A stretch of 49,191 bases of DNA from Rhodothermales bacterium (lineage in GTDB: Bacteria > Bacteroidota > Rhodothermia > Rhodothermales > VXPQ01), in NCBI GenBank assembly GCA_040904565.1, contig JBBDTI010000020.1, forward strand, positions 1 to 49,191, in the 5' to 3' direction. Shown piece after piece: positions 10,607-20,737 of this stretch. The stretch's first letter is position 1; every line of letters starts with the position of its first letter. A program made the position numbers and the translations under genes. Under the pieces are notes generated by a model that had not been told where the DNA came from, searched no databases, and saw only the letters and a list, made by a program, of their open reading frames with translations.

Positions 10607-11583
10607 CCTCCGATCAGGATCATCGGTCTGTTTTCCTCATCCAGGAGCTGGTGCATCCCGGCGTGAGCGGCCTGTTTTCGCGTCACGGCGGCTTGAATGG
10701 CCTCCGCCAGCTCGTCGTCCGTCGCCCCGCCGCGCATGATGTCGCGCAGGCTGACCTCCGCGTTGCCGAACAGACATACCTTGAGCGACCCATCGGCCGT
10801 AATACGCAGCCGGTTGCACGTTGAGCAGAATTCGTCGCTCATCGACGTGATGAAACCGACGCTGCCCCGAAATCCGGGTACGTGAAACACCTTGGCCGTC
10901 GCGTTCGGTCCGTCGTCCCGCCGCTCCAGCGTCGGGTGCTCTTCCTCGACCCGCTTCTTGACGTCCGCGTACGACACGAACGCATCGTCCGACCAGCCGT
11001 TACCCTGGAACGGCATGTATTCGATGAACCGTACCTGGATGGGCCGATCCCTGGTAAGATCCACGAATCGGCCGACTTCGTCGTCGTTCACGCCCCGCAC
11101 GACGACGCAGTTCACCTTTACTGGATCGTAGCCGTAGTCGACGGCCATATCGATGGCCTTGAGCACCTGCTCGAACCCTTTCCTCCGTGTAATGGCCTCG
11201 AATCGGTCTCTGTGAAGGGTATCCAGGCTGATGTTGAGCAGATTGACGCCGGCCGCGTGCAGCCGGCGCAGCTTCTTCGGCAATAGAAGTCCGTTCGTCG
11301 TAATCGCCAGCGTCCGCAGTCCGGGCAGCGCACCCAGCCGCTCCACCAGCTGCTCTACATCCTTCCGGACGAGCGGCTCGCCGCCGGTCAGCCGGATTTT
11401 GTCGACGCCGTGATCGACGAACACGCGTGCGAGGCGCTCGATTTCCTCGAAAGAGAGAATGGCATCCCGCGGCGACAGATCGACGCCCTCCTCGGGCATG
11501 CAGTACCGGCAGCGCAGGTTACACCGCTCGGTGAGGGAGATCCTCAGATACGTATGAATGCGGTCGAAAGAGTCGACGAACAT
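10603..11583 (-). CDS. moaA: GTP 3',8-cyclase (radical SAM)
   Basis: YLRISLTERCNLRCRYC, LTGGEP, CSTCNRLR..KVCL, C-terminal IGG. Converges on moeA with a 4-bp overlap. Confidence 0.97.
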   Translation of the reverse strand: MFVDSFDRIHTYLRISLTERCNLRCRYCMPEEGVDLSPRDAILSFEEIERLARVFVDHGVDKIRLTGGEPLVRKDVEQLVERLGALPGLRTLAITTNGLLLPKKLRRLHAAGVNLLNISLDTLHRDRFEAITRRKGFEQVLKAIDMAVDYGYDPVKVNCVVVRGVNDDEVGRFVDLTRDRPIQVRFIEYMPFQGNGWSDDAFVSYADVKKRVEEEHPTLERRDDGPNATAKVFHVPGFRGSVGFITSMSDEFCSTCNRLRITADGSLKVCLFGNAEVSLRDIMRGGATDDELAEAIQAAVTRKQAAHAGMHQLLDEENRPMILIGG

Positions 11584-11622
11584 AGGCGTCAGCGGATACG
11601 GGACAGATCGGTGACATTCAAC

Positions 11623-12426
11623 TCATGCATCCGCGTTTCGGTCCTTGAAGACCGGTTCGAACTCCGTGTGCGGGATCTCGTCATCGGTACCCTCACCGGA
11701 CGGCATCATTCGTGAGAGTTCAAGTTCGTAGGCTACGCGATCGCACCTGTAGTACCGGCGCTGAAAGTACACGCGGCGCTCCGGCTCGGTAAACGAGATT
11801 CGGTCGATAAGAAGCAGGGCACAGCCCACCGGAACGCCTAGGCGTCCGGCCACCTCCTCCTCCGCATTCACCGCCTCGATGCGAAAGCGCCCACGCGTAA
11901 CGGGGATATCGTATTCTTCTTCGAGAATATGATAGATCGTTTCGCGTTCGAGATCGTGATCGTACAGCAATTGCGCGTAAAAGGGCATCATCCACGTGCG
12001 GTCGAACGCAAACGGCTCGCCGTCGCCGACACGGACGCGATCCAGACGAAACACCTTTTCACCCACGGCAACGTCCAGCGCCACTGCGACGTCGGCCGAC
12101 GCGGGCTCGGCATCGAATCGTAGAATCCGCGATCGGGCCTCTATCCCGGCCGCCTCCATGTCCTCAGCGAAGTCCGTCAGCCGTACGAGCCGCTGGCTGA
12201 CTCGCGTTTCCTTCACGAACGACCCCAGTCCCTGCCTTCGATAGATGAGATCTTCGTTTTCGAGGGTCTGCAGCGCTCGGCGCACGGTAATGCGACTCAC
12301 GTCAAACTGCTCCCCCAGCTGACTTTCGGAAGGGAGCTTTTCATTCGTCTGATACGAACCCTCTTCGATCCGCTGCCTCAACCAATCGCTGATCTGCGCG
12401 TGTCGCGGTCGTCCCGGTTCAAGCAT
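11623..12426 (-). CDS. GntR family (HutC/UTRA) transcriptional regulator
   Basis: LPSESQLGEQFDVSRITVRRAL..RRQGLGSFV wHTH plus UTRA domain. Likely start ATG 12426; the track's longer N-terminus overlaps the sigma gene. Confidence 0.92.
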   Translation of the reverse strand: MLEPGRPRHAQISDWLRQRIEEGSYQTNEKLPSESQLGEQFDVSRITVRRALQTLENEDLIYRRQGLGSFVKETRVSQRLVRLTDFAEDMEAAGIEARSRILRFDAEPASADVAVALDVAVGEKVFRLDRVRVGDGEPFAFDRTWMMPFYAQLLYDHDLERETIYHILEEEYDIPVTRGRFRIEAVNAEEEVAGRLGVPVGCALLLIDRISFTEPERRVYFQRRYYRCDRVAYELELSRMMPSGEGTDDEIPHTEFEPVFKDRNADA

Positions 12427-12592
12427 GGCCTGTCGAATAGTGACGCGTGGATTGACATTCGGCCGGGTTTGCCGGATCCCGGCCGGTACCGATGTCTGCC
12501 CGGCCGCCATCAAACATCGGCCGCCGAATCCGGTAGACAGTGTATGGTCGTATTGCTCATACCTCGACAAGATCCTTGCAGTCATTCTTAGG

Positions 12593-13210
12593 ATGTCGTT
12601 CATGACCAGTCGTCCGACACGACAGGCGCTGCGCATCGCACTCAGTGAGATGAGTGATGAGGAGCTCATGCGCCAGCTGCAGTCCGGCGTCGAGGAAGCA
12701 TTCAACCTCCTGGTGGAGCGGTATCGGGACCGGCTGGCCTCCTACCTGTATCACTTTCTCCACGACGACGACCTGGCGGAAGACTTGCTCCAGGAAACGT
12801 TTCTTCGCCTGTTTCGCAATCGTCATTCCTACGAGCCGATCGCTAAATTCTCGACGTGGCTCTATACGATCGCAGGCAACCTCGCTCGATCGGAGTACAG
12901 GCGCCGCAAGCGCCACCGCACGCACTCCATCCACTCGGAGAGCGACGGAGAAGAATACGAGATGCCGATACCGGCGGACGTCCTGGCGCCGGACCGCTTC
13001 GCGGAGCGCGGCATCCATAGCGAGCGCATCCACCAGGCCCTCGACGAGCTGGCGGAGGATTTCAGGGAGGTCGTCGTCCTGCGCGACGTGCAGCTGCTCA
13101 GCTACGAGGAAATCGCGGAAATCACCGGTTTGCCGATGGGGACGGTCAAGAGCCGCATCAACCGCGGCCGCGCGAAGCTCCAGAAGAAGCTGAAGGACGT
13201 CTACGGCTAA
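12593..13210 (+). CDS. ECF RNA polymerase sigma-70 factor
   Basis: AEDLLQETF, FSTWLYTIA, LSYEEIAEITGLPMGTVKSRINRGR. Start 12593 or 12602. Confidence 0.93.
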   Translation: MSFMTSRPTRQALRIALSEMSDEELMRQLQSGVEEAFNLLVERYRDRLASYLYHFLHDDDLAEDLLQETFLRLFRNRHSYEPIAKFSTWLYTIAGNLARSEYRRRKRHRTHSIHSESDGEEYEMPIPADVLAPDRFAERGIHSERIHQALDELAEDFREVVVLRDVQLLSYEEIAEITGLPMGTVKSRINRGRAKLQKKLKDVYG

Positions 13211-13464
13211 TCCGATAAGCGGGCGACGATAAGAGAGCTCTCCTGACGACTCGCGTGTTCGCTCACAGATGGCTTATGGAGTGGGAAACGCTGTGCCCCG
13301 CGCGTACTTCTCGTGAAATTGGATCGCGTGACGACGCCGCGGCGCACCTCGTGGCATAGCTTTGCGTAGGGACTGCAATCATGCCGCGTGCCGTCGAAAC
13401 CCGGCCCTCGTACGCTGCGGCACGCAGTCGGAAGCCCCCCATCGTTGACGCCCCCCTAGAGCGC

Positions 13465-14892
13465 ATGGCTCGCCAGGATTCCCCCGACGACAACAGACGT
13501 TCCGCGTCGAGAAGATGGTGGACGGCGCTGGCGGAGGCCATACGCGGATCCGAACAGGATTTCACATCCGGCAAACTCGGGCGCGCCATCGTTCTGCTGG
13601 CCGTGCCGATGGTCCTCGAAATGTTGATGCAATCGGTCTTCGAGCTGGCCGACATCTATTTCGTGAGCCGCCTGGGGGCCGAGTCCGTCGCCGCCGTCGG
13701 CATTACGGCGTCGCTGCTGATTTTCGTCTTCGCCACCGGCATCGGTCTGAGCATGGCCATCACGGCCATGGTGGCGCGGCGCATCGGCGAGAAGGATCCG
13801 ATTGCCGCGTCGGCCGCCGCCTTTCAAGCGATCGTCGTCGCCGTGGCCGTCTCCGTCCCGTTCGCCGTGCTGGGCATTGCATTCGCACCGGACCTGCTGC
13901 GAATGATGGGTGCGACGGAGGCCGTCGTCGGGATGGGGACGCTCTATGCCGCCATCCTCTTCGGCAGCAACGTCACCATCCTCCTTCTCTTTCTGATCAA
14001 TGCGATTTTCAGAGGGGCCGGCGACGCGGCCCTCGCCATGCGGTCGCTGGCGCTGGCGAACGTGCTGAACATCATTCTGGACCCCATCCTGATATTCGGA
14101 CTCGGACCGATTCCGGAGATGGGGATCACGGGAGCGGCCGTTGCCACCGTCTTCAGCCGCACCGTCGGTGTAACCTTCCAGCTCACCGTCCTCATTCGCG
14201 GCACCGGGCGCCTCCGAATGGGGCGCGAGGCCATGCGTCTGAACGTCGAGGTCGTCCGGCGCATGCTGCTGATTTCGGGTCCAGGAGTCATCCAGTACCT
14301 GGTCGGATCGGCTACGTGGATTCTCATCATCCGCCTCGTGGCGGAGTTCGGCAGCGAAGCCGTGGCTGGATACACGATCGGCGTACGGATCATTATCTTC
14401 GGGCTGCTCCCTTCGTGGGGCATGGGGAATGCCGCCGCAACGCTGGTCGGGCAGAACCTCGGTGCCCGCCTGCCGGATCGAGCGGAACGCGCCGTCTGGA
14501 TCACGGCCGGATACAATACCGTCTTCCTGACGCTTGTCGGCGTGGGGCTCCTCTGCTGGGATCGGGAACTGCTGCGTCTCTTTAGCTCCGAGCCGACCGT
14601 AATCGCCGTCGGTGCCGAGTTATTGCGCTACGTGGCCTACAGCTATCCCTTTTTCGCCCTGGGCACCGTCATGGTACAGGCCTTCAACGGGGCCGGAGAC
14701 ACGGTGACGCCTACGTGGATCAATTTCGTCTGCTACTGGCTGTTTCAGATCCCGCTCGCCCTCGTTCTGGCCCACCCGGTCGGACTCGGCGTCGAGGGAA
14801 TCTTCATCGCCATTGCCATCGCCCAGACCGCCTTCGCCCTGGTGGGGATTCTGCTATTCCGACGGGGGCTTTGGAAACACAAGGTCGTCTGA
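13465..14892 (+). CDS. MATE family efflux transporter
   Basis: About 12 TM segments; LAVPMVLEM, IFRGAGD, NIILDPILIFG, GITGAAVAT, GQNLGA. Start uncertain (13381 or 13465). Confidence 0.92.
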   Translation: MARQDSPDDNRRSASRRWWTALAEAIRGSEQDFTSGKLGRAIVLLAVPMVLEMLMQSVFELADIYFVSRLGAESVAAVGITASLLIFVFATGIGLSMAITAMVARRIGEKDPIAASAAAFQAIVVAVAVSVPFAVLGIAFAPDLLRMMGATEAVVGMGTLYAAILFGSNVTILLLFLINAIFRGAGDAALAMRSLALANVLNIILDPILIFGLGPIPEMGITGAAVATVFSRTVGVTFQLTVLIRGTGRLRMGREAMRLNVEVVRRMLLISGPGVIQYLVGSATWILIIRLVAEFGSEAVAGYTIGVRIIIFGLLPSWGMGNAAATLVGQNLGARLPDRAERAVWITAGYNTVFLTLVGVGLLCWDRELLRLFSSEPTVIAVGAELLRYVAYSYPFFALGTVMVQAFNGAGDTVTPTWINFVCYWLFQIPLALVLAHPVGLGVEGIFIAIAIAQTAFALVGILLFRRGLWKHKVV

Positions 14893-15031
14893 GCGTTGTA
14901 TGCACGAAGCCGGGAGGAATAGAACCTCATAACGGGGATCCGGGTACGATGCGTGGCACGTGACGACATCGCGTTTGCTACGACCGACGAATGCGGTCGC
15001 CGCCCTACCGTCCACTGATCTCGAGCTACTG

Positions 15032-15802
15032 ATGCGAGCCCTACTACTTGCCGTGACCGTCACCTTCGTGACCGCCGGATGCGGCAGCACGGTTGCCCTC
15101 GAAAGCAGCACGCCGGATGAACCCGTAACCGTCGACGCCAGCCTGGCCGAATGGCCCGGCAAGCTGCAGCGCATCGACGGCGAGAACCTTTCGGTGGGCG
15201 TGCAAAACGACGGAGACTATCTGTACGTCTCGATGAGCACGCGCGACCTGCGCAAAATCGGGCAGATCATGCAGCAAGGGATGGTTCTGTGGATCGATCC
15301 CGCGGGCGGCAAGGCGGAAACGTTCGGTCTCCGTTATCCGGTAGGGATCGCAGGCTCGGAGGATGGCGGCAGGCGTCTCAGCGACGATATGGCCGCCAAT
15401 CGAGTCCGGATCGAGCGCTCCATGCAGGAAGTCGAGCTCATTGCCGGCGACGGACAGCGTTCTCGCCGCAGCAAGGACGCCGTGCCCGGCATCTTGCTAC
15501 ACGCCGAGGTCGATCAGAGCCTGTTTACGTACGAAGCCAGGATCCCGCTCGCGCCCGGCGAAGGCATCATCTACGCCATTGGAACCGAGCCGGGGCGCAC
15601 GATCGGCGTGGGCCTTACCACGCCCGAGATGGAAGGGCAGAACCTGGCCCAGCAGCCGGGCTCCGGCGGGCTCCCCGCGGGAACGCTCTCCAGTGCCGAC
15701 GGGCGAGGTCGCTACGGGTCGCAGTCCGGCCGCGCGCCCATCTCCACGCTCCCGGCGTCGATGAGCCACTGGCTGACCGTTACGCTGGTAGCTGGACCCT
15801 AA
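15032..15802 (+). CDS. Hypothetical lipoprotein
   Basis: MRALLLAVTVTFVTAGC lipobox; VDASLAEW and QNDGDYLYV suggest a DOMON/CBM9-like beta-sandwich. Confidence 0.65.
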   Translation: MRALLLAVTVTFVTAGCGSTVALESSTPDEPVTVDASLAEWPGKLQRIDGENLSVGVQNDGDYLYVSMSTRDLRKIGQIMQQGMVLWIDPAGGKAETFGLRYPVGIAGSEDGGRRLSDDMAANRVRIERSMQEVELIAGDGQRSRRSKDAVPGILLHAEVDQSLFTYEARIPLAPGEGIIYAIGTEPGRTIGVGLTTPEMEGQNLAQQPGSGGLPAGTLSSADGRGRYGSQSGRAPISTLPASMSHWLTVTLVAGP

Positions 15803-15857
15803 GCGGGCCGATCGGACCGCATCCACTGCGGCATGCCTGCAACACCTCGCATCGCAG

Positions 15858-17642
15858 TTATGTAAGACGCCGAAGTCGCAGGCACTTTTCCAGCCAGTCA
15901 CGCTTTTGCGTCAGCTCCCGAATGCTCAGGTCCTGTTGGGCCTTCGAGAACCGTTTTTTGGCTTCCGCGTGAATCGTTCGAATCTCTACGGACCTGCCGG
16001 CAGACTGCAGCGTGAAGGCCAGCTCCGACGCTAGCGCGGCACATTCTTTTCTCAACTCCTTTTCTTTTTCGTTCACGTCGGTCACTTGAGATGCCGGCTC
16101 GTCAACGCGTCGCGGCGGCGCCTTGTGATGAAAGTCGACGCTGTGCGTGCGCAGCGTTCGATGCTCGACGCCGGCGAGCTCCCACGGACTCACTTGCTGC
16201 TCGCCCCGGCCGGGTGGCGCCTGGTTGGACTTCTTCGCGCGTATCTTTACGCCGATCTGTTCCTCGGCCATAATGCGGTCCAACGTATGTACGAGGTCTG
16301 AGTCGTTTGCCGCGTAGATGTCGCAGTGGTTCGCCGCTTCCGGCCATTCGTCGAGATATCTCATGCCGCGAAAGACCTGCTGCATCGTCTTCGAGTGGGC
16401 TCGCACGAGGTCGGCCTTGACGATCGTGCTGATCGACTTGATGTCCGTCCCTTCCCCGATCATGTCGACCTGCACCATAACGTCCAGCTCGCCGTCGCGA
16501 TAATCGACGAGACGCCGATTCCGATCGTAGATCCCGACGTCCTGTCCGATGCGGTCCGAGCTAAAATCGGGAAATCGGCGGCGGATGAAATCGAGGATGG
16601 CCGCGGCGTGCCGGTTGCTCATGGCGATGACGAGCATTTGATGATTCCGGAAGGCGGACCGTCCGCCCCCCTGCATCGCGCGTTTCAGACCGGCGCGCTT
16701 CTCCGAGAAGCGACGGAAGGCAGGCGCCAGAAGCGATTCCAGATACACCTCGTGAAAGCGCAGTTTACGTCGGGCGAGATAGGCATCGAGATCGCTCTCG
16801 TTCCGAGCGATCTCCATCATGCCGGATAGCGACACCTCGACCTCCTCTCCCGTGTCCTGGCGAACCATCTTGAGGCGATAGTCGATGGTGTGGGCATCCA
16901 CGCGTTTGAGAATCCTGCCCTCGGCGTGCGCGTCGCGCATGGACACCTCGTGGAGGGCAACGTAATACTGGTCGCCGTCGGGGCCGACTTCGAACGGTAC
17001 GCCGAAGAGCGTCTTGTTATCCGACCGCATCGGCGTCCCGGACAGAGCCACACTCATACCGAAAGGAAGCTGCTCGATCATGCTCGCCCACGTGCCGTCG
17101 TCCGACAGGTGGTGCACCTCGTCGAACACGAACATGCAGGACGTGCGGCGACAAAACTGCAGCAGCGCACGATGGCCCCCTTCGCCGCTCGCATATTGAT
17201 AGGTTGTGATGATGATCTGCGTGTCCATATTCTTCAGGAACACGCGCTCCGAATCGGCTACGCAGTACGAAAACGGGGGAGCACCGAGGCTCCTGAAAAC
17301 GGCGCTTAGCTCTTCCCGATCGGCGTACTGGTCGCGCAGGTTTCCTCGCGGGACGAAGACGACGAGGCGATCGGCCATACCCATCTCGAACGCTACGACG
17401 AATGCCGCGAGCGCCGTGATCGTTTTCCCGTATCCGGGGACGAACACTCCGAGGTGGTTCGTTTCGCCTTTGCGCAGCGCATCGGCAAACTTATAGAGAA
17501 AGGCTTCCTGCCCCCTGCGAAACTGGAATCCGTCGCCCAGCTCGATCCCCGGCAACGGACCGAATGCCGCCTCCAGATCGACGGGGAGGTCGGGGGACTC
17601 ATCGTCAAATTGGAGGGCCGACTCGATTCCGGATCGACTCAT
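15858..17642 (-). CDS. Superfamily 2 DExH helicase (ResIII-like)
   Basis: Motif I GYGKT, II DEVHH, III SGT, V MIGEGTDI, VI QQVFRGMR. Confidence 0.88.
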   Translation of the reverse strand: MSRSGIESALQFDDESPDLPVDLEAAFGPLPGIELGDGFQFRRGQEAFLYKFADALRKGETNHLGVFVPGYGKTITALAAFVVAFEMGMADRLVVFVPRGNLRDQYADREELSAVFRSLGAPPFSYCVADSERVFLKNMDTQIIITTYQYASGEGGHRALLQFCRRTSCMFVFDEVHHLSDDGTWASMIEQLPFGMSVALSGTPMRSDNKTLFGVPFEVGPDGDQYYVALHEVSMRDAHAEGRILKRVDAHTIDYRLKMVRQDTGEEVEVSLSGMMEIARNESDLDAYLARRKLRFHEVYLESLLAPAFRRFSEKRAGLKRAMQGGGRSAFRNHQMLVIAMSNRHAAAILDFIRRRFPDFSSDRIGQDVGIYDRNRRLVDYRDGELDVMVQVDMIGEGTDIKSISTIVKADLVRAHSKTMQQVFRGMRYLDEWPEAANHCDIYAANDSDLVHTLDRIMAEEQIGVKIRAKKSNQAPPGRGEQQVSPWELAGVEHRTLRTHSVDFHHKAPPRRVDEPASQVTDVNEKEKELRKECAALASELAFTLQSAGRSVEIRTIHAEAKKRFSKAQQDLSIRELTQKRDWLEKCLRLRRLT

Positions 17643-17876
17643 CTAACCTGCTACAAAACGCACTTCTTTCGAAACCACAGCGTCCCGGCACGACGCGCCG
17701 GGTACTTCGGAATGGACCTGTAAGTAACGGACCGGGCGCGAGGCTGTCCAGTGAAGAAAAGAAGGGATCCGGAAACGGCCCGGGCGCTAAAAACATGGCT
17801 GGCCGCGTTGCATGGCGCCTAAACCGCGCCGTAGCCGGCGTGTTGGACAGCTGCGTACGCATGGGTGCCGCGCACG

Positions 17877-20483
17877 CTACCGCAGAAAAGCGTAATTCAG
17901 CTTGACCAGGATGGTATTGTCCGGCAGCACGTCGAACGTGTCTCCGATCTGATCGCCGATGGGCCGGTCGTAGGGTGAGTACGTCCAGGGCCCGAGCGGA
18001 TTGAGTGCATCGTCGGAGCGCCGGCCGTGCGTCCACACGAGAAAGAGGGTGGATCCGGGTCGATATTCCCAGCGCAGCACGGTATTGGACTGCAACCGGC
18101 TGAAGACGAAGTTGTCGCGTTTCGGATAGGCGTCGAACGCGGCGAGATCGTCTCGATTCTGCTGTATCTGAAACGTATCGTAGCGGCCTCGGGCGACGAA
18201 AAACTGACCGTAGATCTGGAGCGAGAGATTCGGCCTGAACGTGACGGCGCCGCGCAGGGTCAGGTCGATCGAGCGGGTATCTCGCGCGCCGAACATCGAT
18301 ACGTAGTACAGGTCGTCGGCCCAGCGGTCGACGCCGGCCATCACGGCATCAAGTCCCCCTGCATCGGCAATCTCGACATAGTCGCCGTCCCCCAGCACGT
18401 CTGGAGAAGCCGACCGCGTACCGATCAGCCAGCGGTCCGGCGCACGCAACAACGATTCGTTCGACATCCACGCCGTGACCTCATCCTCCCATTCCCCCTC
18501 GAGCGTGCCCGACAGCTCGATGCGTGATCCGGCCGTCCAGTTGCCTTCGAGTCCGAGCCCGTACGCACGACCGTCGTCGTCGTCGAAACGGATGGATCCG
18601 GTCGGTCCGAGCTGCCAGCTCCGGCGCACGTCCGACGTGTAGGCCCCGGAATACTCGACGCTCGGCGGGCGCGCCCACGGACCGAGACCTCGCGTCTCGA
18701 AGATATCGTATCCCCCGAACGGGCGGGAGATCGTCGTCCCCAGCTGGATCTCCTGGAGGCTTCGCAGCGTCCAGTTCGAATTGATACTGTGCCGCTGTCC
18801 CTGGTCCAGTCCGTCGCTGTACGAGAACTTCTGGCTCCCAAAGTCGCCGATACTGGCTCGCTGGAAGGGTCCGAACGGACGCCCCCCGTTCAGGTTGTAC
18901 TCGAACCGGAGAAACAGCGATACAAAGTTATTCTCCTGAACGCGCCCCCAATCGTTGTAATAGGCCAGGTCGCTAAACCCTTCCACGCCGGTAAACCCAT
19001 TCAACACCCCCTGCCTTTTCGCCACGAGCACCTTCCCCCCGTGACCCGTCCGGGCTTCCGGGCCGGTGGGCGTCCAGTACCGGTGCGTGACCGTGGCAAA
19101 GCCTTCCACGCCGTACGCATTATCTACGAATCGAAAATCGTAATCCATTCCGGCGATGACGCTGCGGCGGCGTCCGGATACGTCGGGACGCTCGCCGTCG
19201 AAACCGGTCACGATCCCGCCGACGGAGGAGTAGTTTCCGATCTGCTGGCTCATGCGTGCCAGTCCGTAGAAGCGTGACGGATCCAGATTATCGCCCGTTG
19301 CCGCACCGAGGACGCCGAAGGAAAGTCCACCAGCGGACCGCCCTGATAGCTTGGCGGCCCCGATGATCGGCGCCGCTCCACCGATGCGACGCGTATAGGG
19401 AAGGCGGCCCGGACCCAGGTCGAACTGATAGATCTGCATCCCCTCGATGAAGAAGGGCCGGCGTTCCACGAGGGGCGTTTCGAATGCCGTCAGATTGAGG
19501 ACGGCCGGGTCCGCTTCCACCTGACCGAAATCCGGATTGAGCGTCGCATCCAGCGTTACGTTGGGTCCAAAGCCCATCTTCACGTCACCGCCTACGTCGA
19601 GGTCACGCACCCGGTCCAGAGAGCCGGGCGTATCGACGCTTTCCGACGACCGCATCCGGGCTACCGAATAAGGGGTAACCTGCAGATTGCCGCGGGGCTC
19701 GACGTCGCGTATTCCCGTAAGATGCCCGAAATAGGACACGAGATTCCCGCGGTCCGTCCGCGGGACGTGCGGCCACTCCGACTGTTCGCCCAGGCGCGGA
19801 ATGAAGCGGCTGATCTGGACGCCCCAGGTCTGCCGCGGGGCATCGGAAAACCGCAGCATGCTGTAGGGGATGCGCATCTCGACGACCCATCCCTGGGATG
19901 TTACGCGACGGCTGACATCCCATATCGCGTCCCACGACGGATCCATCTGATTCGGGGCATTACCGGTGCCGCTGGGACCGCGCCGCGCGCCCGTCTGGAT
20001 GGCGTCGAACTGGACGCCGCCGGCGTTGACGCCGAACGTATAGGCCGTCTTCTTATCGAAATAAGAGTCGATAGAGATCAGGAACCAGTCCGCCCGATTG
20101 AAATCATCCCGTCGGCCGAGCGACATCTCGATGAGATCGGGATGCTCGTCATAGAGCACGGCGCCCACGTAGAGCGCCACCTCACCGTAAAGAATCCGAA
20201 CGTCGGTCCGCTGCGATTCCGGCGCGCCCTCGGTCGGCTCGAACTGAATCAGTCCCGTTATAGGCTCTGCCGACTGCCAGTCCGCCTCATCCAGCACCGC
20301 GTCGATTTGAAACACGGCATCGGTACGTACGGCGGTCGCGGACGGCGTGCCGGGATCATCCGCCCGAGAAACCGTTTCATTCTGAGCCAGGGCACCCCGG
20401 CTTCCAAGACACAGCAGCAACATGCAGAGGACGAACGTCGAGCATGCGTCAGGAGAGGTGCAGGTCGGTACGCTTCGCGCCAT
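17877..20483 (-). CDS. DUF5916-like outer-membrane protein with an N-terminal CBM9-like domain
   Basis: Signal peptide; IDAVLDEADW, GWVVEMRIPYSMLRF, LDATLNPDFGQVEAD, ERRPFFIEG, LRWEYRPGS; C-terminal beta-strand. Start uncertain. Confidence 0.82.
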   Translation of the reverse strand: MARSVPTCTSPDACSTFVLCMLLLCLGSRGALAQNETVSRADDPGTPSATAVRTDAVFQIDAVLDEADWQSAEPITGLIQFEPTEGAPESQRTDVRILYGEVALYVGAVLYDEHPDLIEMSLGRRDDFNRADWFLISIDSYFDKKTAYTFGVNAGGVQFDAIQTGARRGPSGTGNAPNQMDPSWDAIWDVSRRVTSQGWVVEMRIPYSMLRFSDAPRQTWGVQISRFIPRLGEQSEWPHVPRTDRGNLVSYFGHLTGIRDVEPRGNLQVTPYSVARMRSSESVDTPGSLDRVRDLDVGGDVKMGFGPNVTLDATLNPDFGQVEADPAVLNLTAFETPLVERRPFFIEGMQIYQFDLGPGRLPYTRRIGGAAPIIGAAKLSGRSAGGLSFGVLGAATGDNLDPSRFYGLARMSQQIGNYSSVGGIVTGFDGERPDVSGRRRSVIAGMDYDFRFVDNAYGVEGFATVTHRYWTPTGPEARTGHGGKVLVAKRQGVLNGFTGVEGFSDLAYYNDWGRVQENNFVSLFLRFEYNLNGGRPFGPFQRASIGDFGSQKFSYSDGLDQGQRHSINSNWTLRSLQEIQLGTTISRPFGGYDIFETRGLGPWARPPSVEYSGAYTSDVRRSWQLGPTGSIRFDDDDGRAYGLGLEGNWTAGSRIELSGTLEGEWEDEVTAWMSNESLLRAPDRWLIGTRSASPDVLGDGDYVEIADAGGLDAVMAGVDRWADDLYYVSMFGARDTRSIDLTLRGAVTFRPNLSLQIYGQFFVARGRYDTFQIQQNRDDLAAFDAYPKRDNFVFSRLQSNTVLRWEYRPGSTLFLVWTHGRRSDDALNPLGPWTYSPYDRPIGDQIGDTFDVLPDNTILVKLNYAFLR

Positions 20484-20638
20484 TACTTCGAACCCGATAC
20501 GGAGGAGCAACGTGTACGCAAGACGATCGCAATAGGAGTGGCTTCCACGCTGACGAGCCGTTATCTGCAGGACTATCCGCTGAGGAATCAACCGGCCGGA
20601 CTCGACGCGTCGGATATTGTTTTCTTACGTAATGGATA

Positions 20639-20666
20639 ATACGTTGTAGGAAGCAACGTATACAAC
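20639..20666. promoter_or_regulatory. Candidate operator: overlapping inverted repeats between divergent genes
   Basis: ATACGTTG-N7-CAACGTAT plus GTTGTA-N12-TACAAC in an AT-rich patch. Confidence 0.4.
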
Positions 20667-20737
20667 TCGCGAGACGGCCTTGCCGGACGATCCGGCGCCA
20701 TCATTTTTCCTTCAATCGCCGGATAACGACAAGACAT

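Noticed and set aside
12427-12705. Apparent overlap of extended GntR and sigma ORFs
   Set aside because: Recognisable domains start at 12426 (-) and about 12593 (+); the extensions are upstream open-frame artefacts.
13515-14585. 356-aa Arg-rich ORF
   Set aside because: Alternate frame inside the MATE gene; composition is a GC artefact.
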